Source of the DNA: Defluviitaleaceae bacterium
GTDB lineage: Bacteria > Bacillota > Clostridia > Lachnospirales > WRAX01
DNA: 44,327 nucleotides
NCBI GenBank assembly: GCA_009781625.1
Contig: WQVI01000003.1
Location: 1-44,327 of the forward strand
Direction of reading: 5' to 3'
Shown here: piece by piece, positions 37,812-44,327 of the stretch
Numbering within the stretch: position 1 is the first letter of the stretch
Layout: every line of letters begins with the position of its first letter
Program-made: the position numbers and the translations under genes
Notes under the pieces: model-generated
Told to the model about the DNA's origin: nothing
Database searches by the model: none
Seen by the model: only the letters and a program-made list of their open reading frames with translations

Positions 37812-39299
37812 ATGGACAAAAGAAATGGCGAAAATAATCCGCAAGATACCAGAAGGGTGCCTACAATTCGTAGTGGTGCTTATGGCTCGGACCCAGAGCT
37901 TGCCAAAACAAGAAAAATAACCACCGCGCCGCAAAATTCTGAAAGAAGGGCCGCGCAAGGTGCCGCCCAAAAACAAGGGCAAAAGGGCCCCGCACCAAAA
38001 GGCCCAAGAAAATCCCATTTGGCTATCCTTTTAGTCACCACTGTCTTCGTGGGCGTTGTTGCTGCGGTTTTTGTCTTTGCCATGATGTTTAACGAGCTAT
38101 CCGCCGAAGGCGGTGGAAATACGCCCGGGCAGCCCAACACATCGACAACGCAGCCGCAAACCCAGGATCCTGTGGATCAAGACCCCTTGCCCGTTGAAGC
38201 CGGCCACCTTTCCTTTATCGGCGTTGTTCAAGACATGAATACCACCAACGGCCGTGTAGAAGTTTATGAAATAGAAAATTCCCGCCAACATTTACTTTTT
38301 GTGGAAGGCCATTCTGTATTGCGTGATAAATTTGGCGAAGCCATGACCTTTCCGCAATTTAGTATGGGTGATGTTGTGGAAATTGTTCATGTAGAAGATT
38401 CTACCACAGTTGAAACCATGCGCATCAGTGCCCAGGTGACAACAATGGAGCTTCGCGATATTGTTATAGACGAAGAAACCAACATGCTGCTTATCGGTAA
38501 TAGTCGATATGCCATCAGTTCTCGCACTGTGGTGATGCATCAAGGCACACCAAGTGATGTGTCCGATTTAGCCACCGCATCCACCGCCAGGGTGGACATC
38601 TTCCGCGAGCATGTTGTTTTTGTGGACATACTTCAAGGCAGCGGCACCATACGCATCCCGTCAAATGACACCATTTTGCAGGGCTCTGCTGAGATATCCG
38701 GCATTGTCTTTGCCGGGTTGGACGGTGAAACGGATATACGCGCGCCGGAAGGCACACATAGGCTGATTATCCGTGGCGCAAATATAGAACTTTTTGAGCA
38801 GGACATCACCGTTACCCGCGGCGGCATAACCACCGCAAGCTTTGATGGAATGGAGCTTTTGTCAGGGTCCCTTACCGTAAATGTGGAAGACCCCCTCGTG
38901 ACGCTGACGATAAATGGCGAGGCGCATATAACAAATACATTGATTATACTGGAGCACGGCACCTACACCGTGTCTGTGACGCGAGATGGCTTTATGCCCT
39001 TTTCGCGGGACATTAATGTAACGGCAAGTTCGCCAAACCATGAAATGCATGTGGCTTTGCAAGAGATTATTATTCCCACGCAAAACATAACCATCACAAC
39101 AAGCCCGCCGGGCGCCAGAATTTATATTGACGGGGCACACCTTGGCCTTTCTCCAGTATCAACCCTACTAGAATTTGGAAGCTACACTGTCACAATGATT
39201 TTGGAAGGCTATATGGGCGGCAATTCCAATATTACGGTTGCGGGAAATCAGGAAATATTTAGCTTTCTGCTTGCGCCCAACCCTAATTACGCACCATAG
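37812..39299 (+). CDS. PEGA domain membrane protein
   Basis: Single TM; TSPPGARIYIDGAHLGLSP and GTYTVSVTRDGF PEGA repeats. Confidence 0.85.
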   Translation: MDKRNGENNPQDTRRVPTIRSGAYGSDPELAKTRKITTAPQNSERRAAQGAAQKQGQKGPAPKGPRKSHLAILLVTTVFVGVVAAVFVFAMMFNELSAEGGGNTPGQPNTSTTQPQTQDPVDQDPLPVEAGHLSFIGVVQDMNTTNGRVEVYEIENSRQHLLFVEGHSVLRDKFGEAMTFPQFSMGDVVEIVHVEDSTTVETMRISAQVTTMELRDIVIDEETNMLLIGNSRYAISSRTVVMHQGTPSDVSDLATASTARVDIFREHVVFVDILQGSGTIRIPSNDTILQGSAEISGIVFAGLDGETDIRAPEGTHRLIIRGANIELFEQDITVTRGGITTASFDGMELLSGSLTVNVEDPLVTLTINGEAHITNTLIILEHGTYTVSVTRDGFMPFSRDINVTASSPNHEMHVALQEIIIPTQNITITTSPPGARIYIDGAHLGLSPVSTLLEFGSYTVTMILEGYMGGNSNITVAGNQEIFSFLLAPNPNYAP

Positions 39300-39328
39300 T
39301 GACGATATAATAATTATAATATGGTTAT

Positions 39329-39357
39329 AGCCACCCTGCATGGGTGGCTTGCTTTTT
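39329..39357 (+). terminator. Intrinsic terminator
   Basis: agccaccc-tgcat-gggtggct then T-rich tail. Confidence 0.6.
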
Positions 39358-39367
39358 GAAAAATATA

Positions 39368-39395
39368 TGTAATGAAAATCACTTCCATCCGTATA
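39368..39395 (+). promoter_or_regulatory. ECF-type autoregulatory promoter
   Basis: TGTAAT-16-CGTATA upstream of the ECF sigma gene. Confidence 0.5.
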
Positions 39396-39448
39396 CCATG
39401 TTGTAGAGCTTGCAAGATTTACAAAAATCCGCATGAAGGGGATGAACA

Positions 39449-39997
39449 ATGCAAATAGCAGCCATAAAAGAAGATGCGCGGGTTAAAATTGAGATGGACG
39501 TTCAATTGCTGGAGGCCATTTACCGCCAATATTACAAAAACATATACAATTACATAGGCTTTCGCATAAACAACCACTTTGATGCGGAAGAGCTTGCCGC
39601 CCTGGTGTTTGAGAGGGCAATGACAAAATGGAAAAGCTATAACCCTGCTTTTCCTGTAGAGGCCTGGCTTATAGGCATTGCCAAAAACGCTGTTACAGAC
39701 TATCTGCGGGCCAAAAAGCGCAAGCATTTTGTTGCCCTGGATGGCATTATAAATCTTGTTTCTCCAAACCGCCAGCCTGAAGAGGTGGCTGTCGCAAATG
39801 AGGAGCATAGAGAGCTGATAGTAGCCATGGCACGGCTAAAAGACACAGAGCGACAAATTTTATCCATGAAATTTGCAACAGACCTTAAACATCGCGAAAT
39901 TGCTGATATACTTGGCATAAGCGAATCAAATGTTAGCGTAACTGTCCATCGGGCGTTGAAGAAGCTTAGGAAAATCATGGAGGAGGATGGGGCATGA
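39449..39997 (+). CDS. ECF family RNA polymerase sigma factor
   Basis: DAEEL, AWLIGIAKNAVTDYLR, EIADILGISESNV. Confidence 0.95.
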   Translation: MQIAAIKEDARVKIEMDVQLLEAIYRQYYKNIYNYIGFRINNHFDAEELAALVFERAMTKWKSYNPAFPVEAWLIGIAKNAVTDYLRAKKRKHFVALDGIINLVSPNRQPEEVAVANEEHRELIVAMARLKDTERQILSMKFATDLKHREIADILGISESNVSVTVHRALKKLRKIMEEDGA

Positions 39998-40938
39998 GAC
40001 ATAGTTATGATGACAACGATTTCTTAACAAAATGCAGAGATATTGACCTTTCTGCCGATAGCCAAAATTACGAAAAAAACCTTGAAGTCCTAAAGGGCAA
40101 ATTAGCGCAAATTGAAGAGGAGAGATATAATATGAACAAGCAAAGAAGATTTAAAAAACCCATTGCGGTGGCTGCCATCATAGCTGTCATGTTATCGTTT
40201 TCGGCTGTGGCCTTTGCTGCACCTGCATGGCAATATATAGAATTTGTTTTTGTGCAAGGTGCAGAGCATGTAAATTATTTTAGAGGGATGACCATTGCTC
40301 CGACTACTATAGAATACCTTGGTGACGGCACATCTGTTTCACGGGGCGTGGTTATCATAGAATCTGACATAGACCGTAATGCTGATGGGCCGATAATTAT
40401 TGATGTAGACGGCCATCATGTGGTGTTGCAAGATGCCCATCATTTTTATGACCTTAACGAGGCATTAAACCATCTTGCGATTGAAAATCCACTATTGCCC
40501 ACTTATTTGCCAGAAGACTTTGATTTCCAGCGTGCAACCTTTAACATAAGCCCTGTAAGGCATCCTGACATACACTCTGCTGCAAACAATATAAATATCA
40601 GCTACAGCGATGGCCAAGGCCATTTAAACATTAATATCAATGACATGTTTGCAGGAGCGGTTTCAGCCACACTAGGATATGATGAAGATGGTGTCTCTCA
40701 CTTTACAAAAGTTAGTGGCGTAGAGGGCGCTGGAGATTTCGACTTTGACTATGAAGAGCTTGTGTCTGTTCATTTTTCGTTAGACCCTGAGAGAATCGAA
40801 ACAATTGAGATTAACGGCCAACAGGCCTTTATAGGCAACGGCAGACTAATCTTGCAGGCAGGAACTATAACTTATATCTTAGAATCTGCGGATTTAACAT
40901 ACGAGCAACTTATTGAAATAGCAAAATCTTTGCAATAG
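39994..40938 (+). CDS. Probable anti-sigma factor (DUF4367-like)
   Basis: ATGA overlap with the sigma gene, one TM, PTYLPEDF, ELIEIAKSL-type C-terminus. Confidence 0.75.
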   Translation: MRHSYDDNDFLTKCRDIDLSADSQNYEKNLEVLKGKLAQIEEERYNMNKQRRFKKPIAVAAIIAVMLSFSAVAFAAPAWQYIEFVFVQGAEHVNYFRGMTIAPTTIEYLGDGTSVSRGVVIIESDIDRNADGPIIIDVDGHHVVLQDAHHFYDLNEALNHLAIENPLLPTYLPEDFDFQRATFNISPVRHPDIHSAANNINISYSDGQGHLNININDMFAGAVSATLGYDEDGVSHFTKVSGVEGAGDFDFDYEELVSVHFSLDPERIETIEINGQQAFIGNGRLILQAGTITYILESADLTYEQLIEIAKSLQ

Positions 40939-40954
40939 GCATTTAAGCGCAACG

Positions 40955-40984
40955 AAAAAATCCCCCTTTGACAGGGGGATTTTC
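40955..40984. terminator. Bidirectional terminator
   Basis: aaaatccccc...gggggatttt between convergent genes. Confidence 0.75.
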
Positions 40985-40986
40985 TA

Positions 40987-41328
40987 TTATTGAAGTTCAA
41001 GCCATGGGCACCATTCGCATTCATTTATGCCATTATTGAAGCCTTGCCGAATACTTTGATTGTCTAGGCCCTGCCTAATTCGCTGACCTCGCCCGAATCC
41101 TCGCCCAAGACCACGCGGGATAAAGCTGCCTTCTTCATTAAAGGCCTGACAGCTTCTTTGATAACCTTCTGAAAAAACATCTTCGTCTAAAAATTGGCAA
41201 GCGGCATTTCTCTGCCCTTGTTGCCCCGCACCAAGCCCTCTGCCGCAGCGCGCAAACGCTGTATCGGCTACGGCTACACATAAGGCAAATGCCAAAGCCC
41301 CTGCCATAATCCTCTTTATCATTTTCAT
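40987..41328 (-). CDS. Small secreted Gly/Arg/Cys-rich hypothetical protein
   Basis: Signal peptide ending AFA; GRG repeats; AAAGGGGG RBS. Confidence 0.7.
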   Translation of the reverse strand: MKMIKRIMAGALAFALCVAVADTAFARCGRGLGAGQQGQRNAACQFLDEDVFSEGYQRSCQAFNEEGSFIPRGLGRGFGRGQRIRQGLDNQSIRQGFNNGINECEWCPWLELQ

Positions 41329-41425
41329 TTATCTTCCCCCTTTATGATTTTCTTAATTATAACTCATTTAACAAAGCAAGCGATGAACGATTTGTAAACA
41401 ATGTTGCGGAAATTTTTGCAAAATT

Positions 41426-41454
41426 AATCCCGCAAGCCTTATGACTGCGGGATT
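41426..41454 (-). terminator. Hairpin after the small ORF
   Basis: aatcccgca...tgcgggatt 9-bp stem. Confidence 0.6.
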
Positions 41455-41465
41455 GTTTATATAAC

Positions 41466-41558
41466 TTATCTGCCAGAACCGCCTTTGCCGCCATGGTTAG
41501 TATCATGCTCATCAGAGCGACCACCTTGGTTACCTTTATTGGTATTTTTATTATCCAC
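41466..41558 (-). CDS. Small hydrophilic peptide (30 aa), below ORF-track cutoff
   Basis: AAAGGAGG 9 nt before GTG; MDNKNTNKGNQGGRSDEHDTNHGGKGGSGR; hairpin follows the stop. Confidence 0.6.
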   Translation of the reverse strand: MDNKNTNKGNQGGRSDEHDTNHGGKGGSGR

Positions 41559-41638
41559 CTCGTTCATCCTCCTTTCACGAAAGATTTGCTTTACAAAAGC
41601 TATTATTTTCATGTGTTTGAATTTTTATACATTGAACT

Positions 41639-41666
41639 TTGAAAATTTTGTATTTTGTGGTATAAT
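41639..41666 (+). promoter_or_regulatory. sigma-A promoter for mnmA
   Basis: TTGAAA-16-TATAAT with extended TG. Confidence 0.6.
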
Positions 41667-41691
41667 GCCTTATAGGATAGGGGGCATTGAC

Positions 41692-42765
41692 ATGAAAAAG
41701 GTTGTAATTGCGATGTCGGGCGGAGTGGATAGTGCTGTCGCGGCATATTTGCTTAAAGAGGCAGGATATGATGTGCTGGGCATTACCATGCAGATATGGC
41801 AAAGCGAAAACCCTGATATTGCTGCGGCCAAAGGCGGTTGCTGCGGCATGACGGCCGCAGAGGATGCCCGTTTTGTATGCCATAACCTAGGCATACCTCA
41901 TTATGTGCTTAATTTCCGCGATGTTTTCAAAAAGACTGTAATAGATTATTTTGCCCGAGAATATAAGGCAGGCAGAACGCCAAACCCCTGCATAGCCTGC
42001 AACCGCTATGTGAAGTGGCAAACGCTTTTGGATAAGTCTATAGAGCTTGAGGCGGATTTTATCGCCACGGGCCATTATTCCAAAATTGTGAGGCACGAGG
42101 ACACAGGCAGACTGACTATAATGGCGGTGGATAATGCCAAGGACCAAAGCTATGCCCTGTATAATCTGACGCAGGCGCAGCTGGCACGCACCTTGTTTCC
42201 TATCGGAGACATGCCCAAGGACGAGCTGCGACAGCTGGCGGCGCAAAAAATAGGCCTGCGCGTGGCCCACAAGCCTGACAGCCAGGAAATTTGCTTTATA
42301 CCGGATAACGACCATCCAAGATTTTTGGAAGAATATTTTGGCGAAGCCCTTGCTGCGGGCGATTTCGTGGACGAAGCGGGCAATGCGCTGGGCCGCCATA
42401 AGGGCATTGGCGCATACACCATCGGCCAACGAAAAGGCCTTGGCATGGCCTTTGGCAAGCCTATGTTTGTGAAGGAAATTGATGCTAAAAATGGACGCGT
42501 GGTGTTGTCTGATGACGAAAGCCTGTTTGCACGGCACATGACCGTAGGGGATGTAAACTTTATGTCCCATGATGGCCTTGATAACGAGCTTAGGTGCTTT
42601 GGCAAGATACGCTATTCACATAAAGCCGCACCCTGCGTTATAAGGCAAGAAGACAATGCGATAAAATGTGTGTTTGACGAGGCCCAAAGAGCCATAACGC
42701 CCGGGCAGTCTGCGGTGTTTTATGATGAGAAGGGAAGGATAATATGCGGCGGGCAAATTTCTTAA
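41692..42765 (+). CDS. mnmA: tRNA 2-thiouridine(34) synthase MnmA
   Basis: AMSGGVDS, TPNPCIAC, ATGHY, KDQSY, DSQEICF, TIGQRKG. Confidence 0.98.
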   Translation: MKKVVIAMSGGVDSAVAAYLLKEAGYDVLGITMQIWQSENPDIAAAKGGCCGMTAAEDARFVCHNLGIPHYVLNFRDVFKKTVIDYFAREYKAGRTPNPCIACNRYVKWQTLLDKSIELEADFIATGHYSKIVRHEDTGRLTIMAVDNAKDQSYALYNLTQAQLARTLFPIGDMPKDELRQLAAQKIGLRVAHKPDSQEICFIPDNDHPRFLEEYFGEALAAGDFVDEAGNALGRHKGIGAYTIGQRKGLGMAFGKPMFVKEIDAKNGRVVLSDDESLFARHMTVGDVNFMSHDGLDNELRCFGKIRYSHKAAPCVIRQEDNAIKCVFDEAQRAITPGQSAVFYDEKGRIICGGQIS

Positions 42766-43976
42766 ACCCAATTTTATACACAATTCCAATTTTATTTTTT
42801 CTCGTAGCGTGCGACATGGAAAGTTTATATTATCACGAAGAATATTATTACGAAGCAGACTATAATGTTAAGATGCAAATTGTAGATGTCAATATTAATG
42901 GCGACTTGGTGCAGCTTTCAGGGTACTATGACGACCTTTTTCATTTTCGTCTGCGGGATATTGAGGATATGCTAATAAACACCCGGTCTCGGTTTCGTTA
43001 TGGGGCTTTACCACAAGATGAATGGCGGGATTATTATATCTGGAGAGGTGTAGCAGATATTCCTGAGTGGTTTTTAAACATGGCGCCGCCCATCCATGAA
43101 GGAACCCGCGATGATGTCCCGGTCATCCGCGAACAAATTGCTATGTGGACACCCTTTGATAGAGATGGGGCACTTGGCTATATGTATGCATTAAAAATTG
43201 GCGGACATCATTATTTCACCCTATGTAGTTTAAGCGCAGTTCTTGGTTTTACAGTGGAATTTGACGAAGATGGCACGGCGTGGATAAATACCTGCGAGGC
43301 AAACATAAGCGAATATGGCCGCCAAGCGGCGGCGCAATTTCTTGCTCAAATGCCTACTTTGTTTTATAGGGACTGGAGCGAGGAAACACTTGCTTCCACA
43401 CCATATATTCTCCCATGGGGATATTTTGCGGGAGAAGAAAACGAGCTTTATTCGAGATTTTACCCTGCCACATTTACATTGCATGATTTTAATAACAACG
43501 GAATTCCTGATATTCTCCTTCATTATTACACAGTAAGCTGGCATGGGGAAATGCGCCGAGACATGCATTTATTTATGTACATAGACGGCAGCTATCAAGA
43601 AATAACAACAATTTCCCCCTGGGGCGGCATTTTTGCTGATTTTGAAGGAAATATATTCGCCATCGAAGGAAATCATCAAGAAAGCTTCACCCATGTTCAG
43701 AAAATTTCATTTGATGATGAGGAACCCGTGGTGGAAATGATTATTGAAGCTTGGTGGTGGAACGATGATGAAGAAGAGTTGCCATGGGATGACTTTATCG
43801 AGGCGGTGAGAAAGCATCAAGAGAGATATTGGACAAATTGGGATTATTTTGCACCAACTGTCCCCGGCCAGCACGACAAATCGTTAATCGCCATGCGCCC
43901 CATTTGGGATTTAGCCGAAAGCCTTAGGGATGAAGTTTATCAAAGCCTAATTGATGAAGGGCGAATACCCTCTTGA
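42744..43976 (+). CDS. Hypothetical lipoprotein
   Basis: Lipobox LVAC; stalk-like segment; DFNNNGIPD Ca-binding-like loop. Confidence 0.7.
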   Translation: MRRANFLNPILYTIPILFFLVACDMESLYYHEEYYYEADYNVKMQIVDVNINGDLVQLSGYYDDLFHFRLRDIEDMLINTRSRFRYGALPQDEWRDYYIWRGVADIPEWFLNMAPPIHEGTRDDVPVIREQIAMWTPFDRDGALGYMYALKIGGHHYFTLCSLSAVLGFTVEFDEDGTAWINTCEANISEYGRQAAAQFLAQMPTLFYRDWSEETLASTPYILPWGYFAGEENELYSRFYPATFTLHDFNNNGIPDILLHYYTVSWHGEMRRDMHLFMYIDGSYQEITTISPWGGIFADFEGNIFAIEGNHQESFTHVQKISFDDEEPVVEMIIEAWWWNDDEEELPWDDFIEAVRKHQERYWTNWDYFAPTVPGQHDKSLIAMRPIWDLAESLRDEVYQSLIDEGRIPS

Positions 43977-44073
43977 AAAATAATAGTGCAAAATGATAAA
44001 GGTGATGGGGGTTATTTGTCGAGGATATGACGCTTGAGAAGCGCCATTTGCGTCGATGTCAAATCTGCGTTAC

Positions 44074-44129
44074 TGGGTTGCTTCGGGCGTTATGACAGAT
44101 GGCTATTATAGCGATGCTGCCCTCGCAAT
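44074..44129. repeat. Degenerate GGATTGCTTCG...CTCGCAAT repeat remnant
   Basis: tgggttgcttcgggc...gccctcgcaat resembles the arms of 2068-2145. Confidence 0.45.
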
Positions 44130-44184
44130 TGCCAATACGTTATTGTAATCTCAACATGGAAATCATGTCATTCCAACCGTCATC

Positions 44185-44311
44185 AGCCTTATAACAAAAC
44201 CACCCGCCCGCTTGTAGGGGCGGCTTATAGCCGCCCGTTTATCCTACAGACGTACCACCTATTCAATGTATTATGTCACTGCATATGCGGGCGGCTACAA
44301 GCCGCCCCTAC
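44185..44311. mobile_element. Second REPIN copy, opposite orientation
   Basis: REPs at 44214-44237 and 44288-44311; flank ataacaaaaccaccc matches the reverse complement of the 19972-20000 flank. Confidence 0.8.
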
Positions 44312-44327
44312 GACATATGTACTACAC

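Noticed and set aside
41485-41691. Long N-terminal extension of mnmA
   Set aside because: A promoter and RBS sit just before ATG 41692, where homology begins.

Overview
Chromosomal region of a spore-forming Bacillota (Clostridia, Lachnospirales-like; taxonomy inferred from gene content and order). It contains the nusA-rnpM(ylxR)-ylxQ-infB-rbfA-nrnA-truB-ribF operon, Rrf2-iscS-iscU, rho, a split tdh...kbl operon, ykvI-gerS-alr-mazF, rnr, an LCP protein, a spore-coat kinase-like gene, an ECF sigma/anti-sigma pair and mnmA. I found no transposase, integrase, rRNA, tRNA or CRISPR array. Main points of interest: (1) an intact mazF with no mazE and a forespore-type promoter motif, followed by a compact module of two convergent sigma-A promoters predicted to make a ~73-nt antisense RNA against the structured leader of a 62-aa unknown protein; (2) low-complexity expansions in IF2 (12 GPDG-type repeats), NusA (EYDD tail) and Rho (duplicated N-terminal domain); (3) rimP missing although its leader hairpin remains, and a RibF lacking the kinase motif; (4) at least five families of non-autonomous palindromic elements (REP/REPIN, MITEs), some overlapping stop codons or bracketing a gene. 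All calls come from manual reading and motif recognition; no searches were run.
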